A DNA stretch of 64,000 nt. It comes from Methanobacteriota archaeon. Lineage in GTDB: Archaea > Thermoplasmatota > E2 > DHVEG-1. Positions 1 to 9,517 of this stretch are shown here, piece by piece. The stretch is from the NCBI GenBank assembly GCA_026394495.1, contig JAPKYE010000072.1, forward strand, positions 1,394-65,393, given 5' to 3'. How positions within the stretch are numbered: the stretch's first letter is position 1; every line of letters starts with the position of its first letter. The position numbers and the translations under genes were made by a program. The notes beneath the pieces are model-generated. The model was given only the letters and a program-made list of their open reading frames with translations. It ran no database searches and was not told the origin of the DNA.

Positions 1-15
1 ATCGTCAAACCAGAT

Positions 16-678
16 GTGATCGTCCTCTCAGGTATACAAGAACTGGATTCTCTTCTCGGCGGATTCAAAGCAGGGGAACTCACCTATATCGATGGAAACA
101 GCAGTCTCATCGCAGAAATCCCCCATCAGCTCTGTGTCAACACCTATCGGACCTTCAACAGCAACACCCTTTACATTGACGGGGGAATCTGTGCAGATCC
201 ATACCAGATTGCACAGTATGCACGAACTATGGAAGTTGATCAAGATGAAATCCTTGACCATGTGCATATTACAAGGGCATTTACCGTATATCAACTATCA
301 ACATTCGTTGAAAACCTGTTGGAGGCGGAAATCCAAAAACTTGATCCACGGGTTCTTATCATAGGAAAATACCCTGCTCTTTTTCTTGATCCTGATGTTC
401 CAATTGAGGAGGCTCAAACGATTTTGAAAAACACGCTCATGAAACTACATGATCTCGCTGCGCGTTACCATCTGATTATCGTTCTCACCAACCTTGAAAA
501 TCGATTGTATTCTTCGCAGATCAGAACCATGATACAATCATCGGTTCATGAAACCGTCAGGATGAAAGACATCGAACCATGTACCTATGTAGATCTTCTC
601 AAGCAGCAGAAAAGTACAACTATTTTTCATATAAATGAAGGTCAATTGCGATTGGATCATTTTGGGATGGTGATGTAA
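16..678 (+). CDS. Inactivated RadA/RecA-like protein of the PolB2 cassette
   Basis: RecA-type N-terminus (SGIQELDSLLGGFKAGELT) with a degenerate Walker A (DGNSSLIA) and RAFTVYQL; first gene of the operon with PolB2. Confidence 0.8.
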   Translation: MIVLSGIQELDSLLGGFKAGELTYIDGNSSLIAEIPHQLCVNTYRTFNSNTLYIDGGICADPYQIAQYARTMEVDQDEILDHVHITRAFTVYQLSTFVENLLEAEIQKLDPRVLIIGKYPALFLDPDVPIEEAQTILKNTLMKLHDLAARYHLIIVLTNLENRLYSSQIRTMIQSSVHETVRMKDIEPCTYVDLLKQQKSTTIFHINEGQLRLDHFGMVM

Positions 679-933
679 ATGGGACGTACAGTTCCTTCGT
701 TTCGTATGATTATTGAGCAGTTTGGATGGGAATGGACTGAATTCAAGCGAGCGCTTCGGGGCATTGATAAGGAATCTTTTGAAAGTCTCATTAATCATGC
801 TCGTCGTCATGCTGAGGCAGGGACAAACATGCCAAATCCCAACCCGTTTGAACCAATTATCATGTCGATTCTTGTTGAACATGAGAATGAGTTGAGGAAA
901 CTCAGAGAGAATGCTACGCGGAAAGATCCTTGA
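679..933 (+). CDS. Small PolB2-associated protein (arCOG07300-like)
   Basis: MGRTVPSFR N-terminus; abuts the RadA-like gene and overlaps PolB2, the known three-gene arrangement. Confidence 0.75.
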   Translation: MGRTVPSFRMIIEQFGWEWTEFKRALRGIDKESFESLINHARRHAEAGTNMPNPNPFEPIIMSILVEHENELRKLRENATRKDP

Positions 934-3109
934 TACCTATGTTGATCATAAGAAAAACGTCATGGTAACATGGCTGATGGATCATGGGAAAGCACATAGG
1001 ATCGAAGATTTGTTTGAACATTCGTTTTATGTGTATTCCGCTCAGGATAACCTGTATAAGTTAGCAGCTAAGTTACAAGATGTTTCTGATGTGAAACTGC
1101 TGAATTTCACGAAACAAAAACTTGTTTTGGGTTCTGAGAAAACAAATGTTGTTCTTGAGATCATCCCTAAGAATCTTTCATCGCTGCATGGTCTTGCAGC
1201 AATGATCGATGCCTGGGGTGAGTATCGAATGTATGATCTGTACAATGTCGATCTTCGTCTTCCGACACGATATCTCCAGCATAAAGGAGTGTTTTGTAAT
1301 GCGCAAGTAGCTTGGGATGGGAAACAATTTTTTTTAGATGATGACCAATGGGCTATTGATTACGAATTTCCCTTGTATAAAATAGTAGAGTTTGCAGGTG
1401 AACAAAAATTAGGTTTTCAGTCGTTCACGCAGCCGATTACAACTCTTTACGTAGACGCTGAACATGTTGAGGAGGAAAACGAAGCTGATACGATACTTTC
1501 TGCAGTAAAACAAATCAGAAAGAAGAACCCGGATATACTGTACACGAAGGATGGGGATAGTTTTTTTCTTCCGTATCTGTATCATCGGGCAAAAGAATGT
1601 GGTATCGGTCAAGAAATAAACCTTGGCAGAGAAAATATTCAGAGAAAATATCCGACGAAACAAGCAAAATCGTATTTCAGTTATGGGCAGATTGTCTATC
1701 GACCAGCGTTTTATACACTTCAGGGCAGAGCACATATCGATCAGGCGGGTTCGTTTTTCTATGGGGCCGGTGGCCTCAGGGGATTAGTTGATGTCTCCAG
1801 ATGTGCTAATATTCCATTGCAGCTTCAATCTCGTCTTGGTCCAGGTACCGCGATTAGTCAGATTCAGTTGGCAAAGGCACTAGAGAAAGGGTATCTTATC
1901 CCGTGGAAGAAGAACATGCCTGAGCAGTGTAAAACAGCACATCAGTTGCTGTTGTCTGATAGAGGTGGTCTTATTCTCAGTCCTGTTGTTGGTCTTTTTG
2001 ATGCTGTGTTTGAGCTTGATTTTGCGTCATTGTACCCAAACATTATGCTGCGGTTTAACATAAGCCCAGAAACCATGCTTTGTGATTGTTGTCCTGATTC
2101 CCTGGTTCGTGTCCCGCAGCTTGGGTATCATATTTGTAATAAAAATGTAGGGCTGCTTCCAGAGGTGTTGAAACCAATTATTTATCGAAGGTTTTGTTTC
2201 AAAGCTCGAGCAAAAAATAAGAAATATGATGCTCAGGCATGTGCAGATATTCAGCAGGTGTGGAAATGGGTTCTTATCGTTTGTTTTGGGTATACTGGGT
2301 ATCGAAATGCTCGGTTTGGACGTATCGAATGTCATGAATCTATTACTGCATTTGCTAGAGACATCCTTCTGAGTTCAATGGGGGTTTGTGAACAGGCCGG
2401 TTATCAGGTGCTGCATGGAATCATTGATTCTCTGTGGGTAAAAGCAGTCAAGACCAAGATTACAGCGCAGCAGTTATCAAGAATGATCGGTAAACAAGCG
2501 GGTGTTCGGATGGATGTGATAGGTCGGTATAAGTGGATTGTGTTTCTCCCCAGTAAGCAATATGATGCGGGTGCGTTGACTAGGTATTATGGTGTATTTG
2601 AAAACGGTGAGTTAAAGGTACGTGGTGTTGAGTTGCGTCAGAAAAACACTCCGCATTTCTTGAAAAATGTACAACAAGGTGTACTTGATGTTTTGAAGAA
2701 AGCGAGCAACTCGCAGGAATTTCATGAACTGATTCCGGATGCTCTTCAGGCATTATCTTCTGTTGCAAAAAGGCTTTGTGATGGCATGATAAACCCGTTT
2801 GATCTTCTTTTTAAAACCCAGGTTTCAAGAGGTGTTACAGAATACAAGGTAAATAATCTTGTGAAATCAGCATTGATTCAACTTCGTGATCTTGGTATCC
2901 TGGTTGAGCCGGGGCAATCTATTCAGTATATTGTGACAAATGAGCGTTCTCGTAATTATAAGAATCGTGTTTGTGTGCTTGAGTCGATGACTGGGTCTGA
3001 GGAAATTGATGTTGGGTTTTATCTTCGTCATATTGCGAAATGCGGTGAAAGCCTTCTTCTGCCTTTTGGTTACACAAAAGAAAAACTTGAATTGTTGTTT
3101 GCAGGGTAA
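911..3109 (+). CDS. polB2: Family B DNA polymerase, PolB2 clade
   Basis: Motif A DFASLYP, VCFGYTGY, motif C variant HGIIDSL, KVRG; degenerate exonuclease domain. Confidence 0.9.
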   Translation: MLRGKILDTYVDHKKNVMVTWLMDHGKAHRIEDLFEHSFYVYSAQDNLYKLAAKLQDVSDVKLLNFTKQKLVLGSEKTNVVLEIIPKNLSSLHGLAAMIDAWGEYRMYDLYNVDLRLPTRYLQHKGVFCNAQVAWDGKQFFLDDDQWAIDYEFPLYKIVEFAGEQKLGFQSFTQPITTLYVDAEHVEEENEADTILSAVKQIRKKNPDILYTKDGDSFFLPYLYHRAKECGIGQEINLGRENIQRKYPTKQAKSYFSYGQIVYRPAFYTLQGRAHIDQAGSFFYGAGGLRGLVDVSRCANIPLQLQSRLGPGTAISQIQLAKALEKGYLIPWKKNMPEQCKTAHQLLLSDRGGLILSPVVGLFDAVFELDFASLYPNIMLRFNISPETMLCDCCPDSLVRVPQLGYHICNKNVGLLPEVLKPIIYRRFCFKARAKNKKYDAQACADIQQVWKWVLIVCFGYTGYRNARFGRIECHESITAFARDILLSSMGVCEQAGYQVLHGIIDSLWVKAVKTKITAQQLSRMIGKQAGVRMDVIGRYKWIVFLPSKQYDAGALTRYYGVFENGELKVRGVELRQKNTPHFLKNVQQGVLDVLKKASNSQEFHELIPDALQALSSVAKRLCDGMINPFDLLFKTQVSRGVTEYKVNNLVKSALIQLRDLGILVEPGQSIQYIVTNERSRNYKNRVCVLESMTGSEEIDVGFYLRHIAKCGESLLLPFGYTKEKLELLFAG

Positions 3110-3190
3110 TTTCCTTTGATGGAATATTATTATCGGATTTTATCGTTTTAATTGTTTTTTTATGTAAAAAATAGTAAAATCATATAAATA

Positions 3191-4234
3191 ATGATAACTA
3201 TATATTATTATATTTACATGATACACAAAACGATACGATCTCTCATAATATTCTTCTTTTTACTCATACAACTTACAGGGTTTTCTTCATTAGCTGTTGA
3301 TAATGATTCCTTTTGGTATAACCCTACTGATTGTAAATTAGAGGATAACGCATACAATGTGTCAAGGTATTATTCTCTCCAATGGTGGTATCTTGATACG
3401 AATTTTGATAACAACTATAGCGCGCATATCGGGTTTTTGACCGTAGGCGCACGGGCAACCCATGGTTTCTTTTTGTTTCAAATCAACATCTACAAAGATG
3501 GACAGATTTTCTCAGAGCGAATTCGTTTGGTTCCTGTTCGATTCGTTGAAGTATCTATAAATGAACCTGTGATAAAACTTTCTGGAAAAGAAGTGTTTCG
3601 AAGCTATCTTGATGATCAGTTTCGTTTGTGTACGGCTGTATTGTTAGAAATAAAAGATATCAAAGTAAATCTTCTTTTTACTGGTTTAACTCAGGGGTGG
3701 AAAGGATACACCGGTCGTGGCATGTGGGGATGTCCAATACCAAAAGCCGAGGTAACTGGTATCATAACATTGAATGGAAAACAGATTCCGGTTCAGGGAA
3801 TTGGATATCAGGAACGAGGCTGGGATGTCCAAAGGCTGCATAGGAGCTGGTACTGGGGGAAGTTTCAGAGTAAAAATACGAATGTCGTGTTTTCGCAGAA
3901 TATGGGCGCTCTGGGAAATGAAGATTTGTTTTTTGTGATGGTAAATATTGGTGAAAATAATTATACGAGTATTCAACGAAAAAACATTGAGTTTATCCAT
4001 ATAAAATATGTCGCTAATCATGGACGACTGATACCTGTGGAATCAGGTTTTATTGTTCACGAGAAGTCTTGTGATATTCAAGTGCGATTTGTTGTACAAT
4101 CAATTGATTTTAAAACTTTGGTTTTTATGAATTATTGGCGGCTTCATGTACATGTAACGGGGACAATTTCCGTTGATGGAATGACTGAGGAAATTGATGA
4201 TATTCAGATCATGGAGATTTTTCATTTTCCGTAA
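3191..4234 (+). CDS. Secreted CrtC/AttH/tocopherol-cyclase-like beta-barrel protein
   Basis: N-terminal hydrophobic signal; QWWYLD, G.GYQE.GW and WYWG motifs. Confidence 0.6.
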   Translation: MITIYYYIYMIHKTIRSLIIFFFLLIQLTGFSSLAVDNDSFWYNPTDCKLEDNAYNVSRYYSLQWWYLDTNFDNNYSAHIGFLTVGARATHGFFLFQINIYKDGQIFSERIRLVPVRFVEVSINEPVIKLSGKEVFRSYLDDQFRLCTAVLLEIKDIKVNLLFTGLTQGWKGYTGRGMWGCPIPKAEVTGIITLNGKQIPVQGIGYQERGWDVQRLHRSWYWGKFQSKNTNVVFSQNMGALGNEDLFFVMVNIGENNYTSIQRKNIEFIHIKYVANHGRLIPVESGFIVHEKSCDIQVRFVVQSIDFKTLVFMNYWRLHVHVTGTISVDGMTEEIDDIQIMEIFHFP

Positions 4235-4299
4235 TATTCGACCATAAAAAAACTAAAGTAATATTAACCTCTGAAGAAATCTAGGGGTTTGATTCTTGT

Positions 4300-5103
4300 A
4301 TGGATGTTTATGGAAACATTGGTCCTGCATTGCTTCTGACGATTTTTGCTGGTCTTTCAACCTGCATTGGTGGTGCAATCGCATATTTTATAAAAAAACC
4401 AAAGCTCATCTACCTTTCATTCGTTCTTGGTTTTTCTGCAGGAGTGATGATTTATATTTCTTTTATGGAATTACTCCCACGAGCAATACAAAATGTTGGG
4501 GAAATCCTTAGTGTTTCTGTTTTCTTTGTAGGCATCCTTGTTATTGCTTTTATTGATATGTCTATCCCGTGGTTGAAAAACCCGCATCATTACAAGGATT
4601 TATCTGATTTTAAAGAATCACAAAACGATACTGATAAAGAAAAAAACGATCGTATTATGAGAACCGGGCTTTTCACTGCTTTTGCGATAACATTGCATAA
4701 TTTTCCTGAAGGACTAGCAACCATGGGAGCAACTCTTGTTGATGTAAAACTAGGTATTTTTATTGCTCTTGCTGTTGCTATTCATAATATCCCTGAGGGA
4801 ATTTCGGTTTCGGTCCCTATTTATTATGCGACACATGATAAAAAGAAAGCGTTTCTGTATTCGTGTCTCTCAGGTGTTGCAGAACCCATTGCTGCAGTCA
4901 TCGGTGTATTTGTGTTACTACCGTTTTTATCAGCAACTGTTTTGGCGTCTCTTCTTGCATTTGCTGCAGGCATCATGGTGTATATTTCTATTGATGAACT
5001 TCTTCCGATGGCTCATCGATATGGTCATAGTCATGTGGTCATCGCAGGCATTGTTCTTGGGATGTTTATTATGGCAATAAGTCTATTTTCTTTTAGTTTA
5101 TGA
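4300..5103 (+). CDS. zupT: ZIP family zinc transporter
   Basis: LHNFPEG and IHNIPEG motifs, GFSAGVMIY, DELLP. Confidence 0.92.
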   Translation: MDVYGNIGPALLLTIFAGLSTCIGGAIAYFIKKPKLIYLSFVLGFSAGVMIYISFMELLPRAIQNVGEILSVSVFFVGILVIAFIDMSIPWLKNPHHYKDLSDFKESQNDTDKEKNDRIMRTGLFTAFAITLHNFPEGLATMGATLVDVKLGIFIALAVAIHNIPEGISVSVPIYYATHDKKKAFLYSCLSGVAEPIAAVIGVFVLLPFLSATVLASLLAFAAGIMVYISIDELLPMAHRYGHSHVVIAGIVLGMFIMAISLFSFSL

Positions 5104-5138
5104 AAATAGAAAAAAAAGAGCGAATGATTTCTGTGTTT

Positions 5139-6227
5139 TTATTCTGGGCTTTTTGGCAACAATCCAAGTTTTTTTACTGCATACCAGGAAACAACTGTTG
5201 CAACCACCGTAGAAATCACAATCAAACTAAGATACCAGGGGGCATCGTTTTTTGTGAATTCAAACATGTTATTTCCTGCAACTGTTGCAATCGTGTTTGG
5301 TACAAGTAGCGCCGTTCCAATGATGGTAAGATAACCAACCATGAGGGCAAGTCTGTTGTTTAACACCTGAAGTTGATTGTTGTAGATGGATTGTAATGCT
5401 TCAAGACCGCTTGCAAGGACTTCGCTGAGATGTTCTGCAAGTCCTATATGGGCAGTGACTTCTTCATGAAGACCGTTTAATTTATTTAATAATTTTGTGT
5501 TATCTGTAATGAGGTCTGCGTCACCGTAGCGAAGTGAATTCATGACATCTACTGTTGTCCATAATCCACCGAGATACATAATTAATGCGTGTTTCATTTG
5601 ATGTATCTTTGGTCCAAGAACTTCTCGTGGTGTTTTTGGATCAGATAGTTCCTGGCTCATTCGATCTCCTTGTTCTTCGATTTCTCGGAGGTAATCAAAG
5701 TTTCTTGCATTATTTTCATCGATGATACGACTGAGTAAAACAGTAATTCGGTCATTTTGAGGCATGTTTTGCGGAAGTTTTTGCATCAGGTTTGCGGCAT
5801 ATCGTCGCATCCGAGAAAAGCGTTTCACTTCGGTACTGTGAAGTGTGATTAATACATTTTGTTTTATGAGAATCATTAGTTTATCAATAGTAACATTGAA
5901 ACCATCTGCTCGTATCACGGGTAGAAGGATTCCAAGTTCTGTTCCAAAATCTTCATATCCGCTTCGTGGATCCGCTAGTAAATTTGTTATGAGAACTTCA
6001 CTAAATCCAAGGGTAACTGCTGTTTTTAGTACATCATGTTCAAAATCTTCGACGATGTAGTCAATCCATGCGGTTGATGCTGTGTTGACTAGTGAGCAGA
6101 AGTCTTTTACATCTTTTGAATAGAGGCTTTTTGTGCCTACGTCTTGAAGGACGGTACAGAATCCTTTTTCTTCTTCAATATTCACTGGAGTGTTTTGATT
6201 GCCGTTCGTCGGGGTGGTGTCTGGCAT
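5139..6227 (-). CDS. CorA/ZntB family divalent cation transporter
   Basis: Long helical domain plus two C-terminal TM helices; GNN variant of the GMN motif. Confidence 0.75.
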   Translation of the reverse strand: MPDTTPTNGNQNTPVNIEEEKGFCTVLQDVGTKSLYSKDVKDFCSLVNTASTAWIDYIVEDFEHDVLKTAVTLGFSEVLITNLLADPRSGYEDFGTELGILLPVIRADGFNVTIDKLMILIKQNVLITLHSTEVKRFSRMRRYAANLMQKLPQNMPQNDRITVLLSRIIDENNARNFDYLREIEEQGDRMSQELSDPKTPREVLGPKIHQMKHALIMYLGGLWTTVDVMNSLRYGDADLITDNTKLLNKLNGLHEEVTAHIGLAEHLSEVLASGLEALQSIYNNQLQVLNNRLALMVGYLTIIGTALLVPNTIATVAGNNMFEFTKNDAPWYLSLIVISTVVATVVSWYAVKKLGLLPKSPE

Positions 6228-6357
6228 TAAAATCAGTCATGTATTAAAAAATGTAGTATAAATGTTTTGCACATCATTGATCAATATTTCTTTGTTATGA
6301 GTTTTTAATAATTTTTTTAATAATTTTTGATATAACGTATGTCTTTTTAGGAAAAAA

Positions 6358-6374
6358 AATGCTCCCATCGGGAT
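6358..6374. repeat. att site (duplicated tRNA-Glu 3' end)
   Basis: Exact match to 10845-10861. Confidence 0.9.
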
Positions 6375-6664
6375 GTATACCCATTTTCTCCAGTTAAAAT
6401 GTTTGATAAAAATAAAAACAATGGGGTTATCCATCTTTCAACATCTCTCTCTTTCTTTTTTTCTTTTTTTTGGAAATATTCTTTCCAAAGGAAAACGGCT
6501 GTTGACCCCGAGAACGTAACAAATATAATACCCGAAAATGCGACCTTTCTTCATTATCCTTTCCTGAAGGTATCCGTATGTTGCCCCGAGGAGGGTTTTT
6601 CCCTCACTTGTGAACGGGAAAAAGCCCGAGGAGGGGCAACAGGAGGATACCGAGGGGAACTGCC

Positions 6665-8044
6665 TTGTCTTATGGGAGGGCTGTTTGTATGAACACCCTC
6701 CATCAGGTGAAAAGCAAATTTACTTACTCAGATTATGTTAAAATTTTAAAAGATGATGAAGAAAGTGGAAAAAAACAAATTGACTTAGGTTTAAAATTCG
6801 CTGAAGAATACAACAATAAAAAAACTATTACTTTTAATTGTTTAGATTGCGAATGTTATATTACACCTCTATCAATAGCGAAGTTTGAGCGGTCTCAATT
6901 TTCTTACTTTAAACTGTTTGATTACTATAATTCTCTTAAAACATGTCCACAGTGTCACAGTACAAATATTATTACTCATATTTACGAAAGCAAAATACCA
7001 AAAAAAGAAGACTATGATTTGCTTTTTAATCCTAAACAAATCTATGCTGTAGACATTGGCGATGATGTGGGTTTTCAATCTGCATGTGAACATTACGAAT
7101 CTACGATGAATGACCCTTATTTTATTGCATTACGTAACAAAAAAACAGGGCAAATAATAGGTAAACAAATTTACAAACGAGGTACATTGCAATACTATAA
7201 GCAAACAGTAAAACCAAAAACAAATATCATCAAAGACATAGGGGATATTTTACAACTAACTGGCGATTGTATTGCTGTTTTCTTTACTCTTACTTGTGAC
7301 ACTAAAAAATACGGTTCGCAAACAGGGGCATGGTTAGAAGCCCCTAAAGATGTTAATCGAGTGCTTACTTGGGCGAGAAAAGGTGCAACAGGTAAAAGAA
7401 AACGAGTTTATCATTCGCCAAATAAACCACAAAGAGAATTTAAAAATCAAAGACCAAAAATTGAGGCTTATTATATGATTTATGAGAATACGGTCTCCCT
7501 TTATCCTACATTTCATGTGTTAATGATTTTCAATGTAAAAGATTTAAGTCCGTATCCTTCCGCTAGAAAATATCAACTACGAGCATTTAATGACGAAATG
7601 ACCTGTGTTTATCGTCAGGGATTCACAAATATAACGGAACTGCGTTCTAAAAAATTCGCTGATATTTCTTACGCTGTGAATTATACAACTAAATATGTTT
7701 CAAAGGCATTAAACGAAAACCATCCTAAATATGACCGTAACAAGAGCATTGGATGGATGACTACTTTAAAATGTACAGGTAAACGACTTTTTTCAATGTC
7801 AAGAAAATGGAAAACTTGGCATGACCAACTTTATAAAAATAGCTTGGACGAACATATATATGCTAATTCAAACGATAATTGCAATAATTGGGAATTATAC
7901 TGTGTGAGAATTGGGGGATTTAAAAATTTAAGCGATTTTATCGAGGATTGTATTGCTTTTAGACCACCACCTGGTAAAATAATTTTTTTATATGACAGTT
8001 CAAAACGAAAATGGGTAGAGGATTCTAAGGAGGTATACTCTTAA
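6665..8044 (+). CDS. rep: HUH rolling-circle replication initiator with N-terminal Zn ribbon
   Basis: Motif I FFTLT, motif II variant PTFHVLM, motif III YTTKYVSK (two Tyr); CLDC...CPQC; likely start is the ATG at 6689. Confidence 0.8.
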   Translation: MSYGRAVCMNTLHQVKSKFTYSDYVKILKDDEESGKKQIDLGLKFAEEYNNKKTITFNCLDCECYITPLSIAKFERSQFSYFKLFDYYNSLKTCPQCHSTNIITHIYESKIPKKEDYDLLFNPKQIYAVDIGDDVGFQSACEHYESTMNDPYFIALRNKKTGQIIGKQIYKRGTLQYYKQTVKPKTNIIKDIGDILQLTGDCIAVFFTLTCDTKKYGSQTGAWLEAPKDVNRVLTWARKGATGKRKRVYHSPNKPQREFKNQRPKIEAYYMIYENTVSLYPTFHVLMIFNVKDLSPYPSARKYQLRAFNDEMTCVYRQGFTNITELRSKKFADISYAVNYTTKYVSKALNENHPKYDRNKSIGWMTTLKCTGKRLFSMSRKWKTWHDQLYKNSLDEHIYANSNDNCNNWELYCVRIGGFKNLSDFIEDCIAFRPPPGKIIFLYDSSKRKWVEDSKEVYS

Positions 8045-8045
8045 A

Positions 8046-8180
8046 ATGTCCCATAATAAAGATGTGTATAAAATTGAATGTAGTTGCAATGGCGTTATTG
8101 ATGCTACCTTTATATTTACCAGAAGCGATTATTATGACGTTTGGTATTTAGCAAGTAATTACGCAAAGGATAAAAAATGA
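8046..8180 (+). CDS. Small hypothetical protein (44 aa, MSHNKDVYKIECSC...)
   Basis: GGAGG upstream; starts just after the Rep stop; ATGA overlap with the next ORF. Confidence 0.55.
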   Translation: MSHNKDVYKIECSCNGVIDATFIFTRSDYYDVWYLASNYAKDKK

Positions 8181-9202
8181 CTCAAAGAACTTTTGATGTT
8201 ATGACACGAAATAATTATTTAAAAGGTTGTTTTCCTCGTGTTTCTTATGCTAAAGATGCTAATATGATTAGAATAAAAGTATGTGAAAATACTCAGGTTC
8301 GTAGCACTCGTTTATTTGTGTATGATGAGGGTTGTAATGAATGGACTCATGGTTTTTATTCTTATGACGGGAGGGGAATCATATTTTATTCACCTCGTAC
8401 CCATCGTTATGAGTTCTCTGGTCCTATCGTGAATGTTTGGAGTAGGGAACGTGTGAATAAGTGTGGTGGGATGGTCTCCTCTGAGCCTGTCTTTAATGGG
8501 CTTCGATGGGGTAGGAATCTTAAAAAAGGTATTGAAAACGAAAATAAAATATGTGATAACCTAAATACTGCTAATGTTGATAATTTAAAAATTCACCATT
8601 TAGAAAATAGCGGTCATTTAAGTGGAGGGAGTGATATTGTCGTTTCTTTGAACCCTATTGAACCTGAAGAAAGTTCTTATGATACTGTTTTGCGCGGTGT
8701 GTGTGCTATTGAGGTTTTAGGTATCAAAAAACGCGGTTTAACTGAGTCTACTCTGTCGTTTATGCTTCATAGATTTATAAATTTTCAGAGATGGCGAAGT
8801 GACTTAATAAAAAATGATGTACTCCCTGTGATTGCATGGAATTATGAGGGGAAATCTTGGTTTGTTATAATGACAGATAGCGCGTTATACGATGGTTTTT
8901 ACATAGGTGAGGGCGAATTAAAACATCAACAAACAAATTATCCTCTGGTTAGAAAGATACTGGAGTATAAATTAAACGTAACACAGTTATTCTATTGTAT
9001 CAGATGTCATTTAAAAACTGTCAGCATAATACACACAATCGAAAAAAATAAGCCTGTATCCTATGGTCAAGGTAGCGAATATTTCTATTCTAAGGGTTAC
9101 CCTTTGAAACCTGTCTATGATTATGACGTTGTTATAGATAAGATACGTAGCTATTTGTTTGAGACCTGCGGGGCTGATGAATCCTCTTATTGCAAGGATT
9201 AG
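8177..9202 (+). CDS. Hypothetical protein of the RCR element
   Basis: 341-aa ORF in the Rep operon; no motif recognised. Confidence 0.7.
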   Translation: MTQRTFDVMTRNNYLKGCFPRVSYAKDANMIRIKVCENTQVRSTRLFVYDEGCNEWTHGFYSYDGRGIIFYSPRTHRYEFSGPIVNVWSRERVNKCGGMVSSEPVFNGLRWGRNLKKGIENENKICDNLNTANVDNLKIHHLENSGHLSGGSDIVVSLNPIEPEESSYDTVLRGVCAIEVLGIKKRGLTESTLSFMLHRFINFQRWRSDLIKNDVLPVIAWNYEGKSWFVIMTDSALYDGFYIGEGELKHQQTNYPLVRKILEYKLNVTQLFYCIRCHLKTVSIIHTIEKNKPVSYGQGSEYFYSKGYPLKPVYDYDVVIDKIRSYLFETCGADESSYCKD

Positions 9203-9517
9203 TTAGGGGAGGTAGGGGTATGGTTTCATATATCTAACGATATTACAATATATTTCCCTCCTGTTGGTAACACGAATGTCTTTTTTCGTGCTACGAAAAC
9301 CTTATATCATAAGGAGTGATTATCTGTTTTCATGGTTGCTAAGGGAAAGAGCGTTTTTTATTGATATGATTCGACCCTCTTTCCCTTTCATCGCATCTTT
9401 TTTATTGATGGGGAAAATTTAAATATATATCCGTGTATTCAAATATAGAATCATATCAAGGTTATCGACTGCTAGACTGAGCGGTTTATAACGATAGCCT
9501 GAAAGGGTTGTCCCCCC

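Noticed and set aside
6583-6590. gccccgag match to the tRNA-Gln 3' end as a second att site
   Set aside because: Only 8 bp and part of the local repeat cluster
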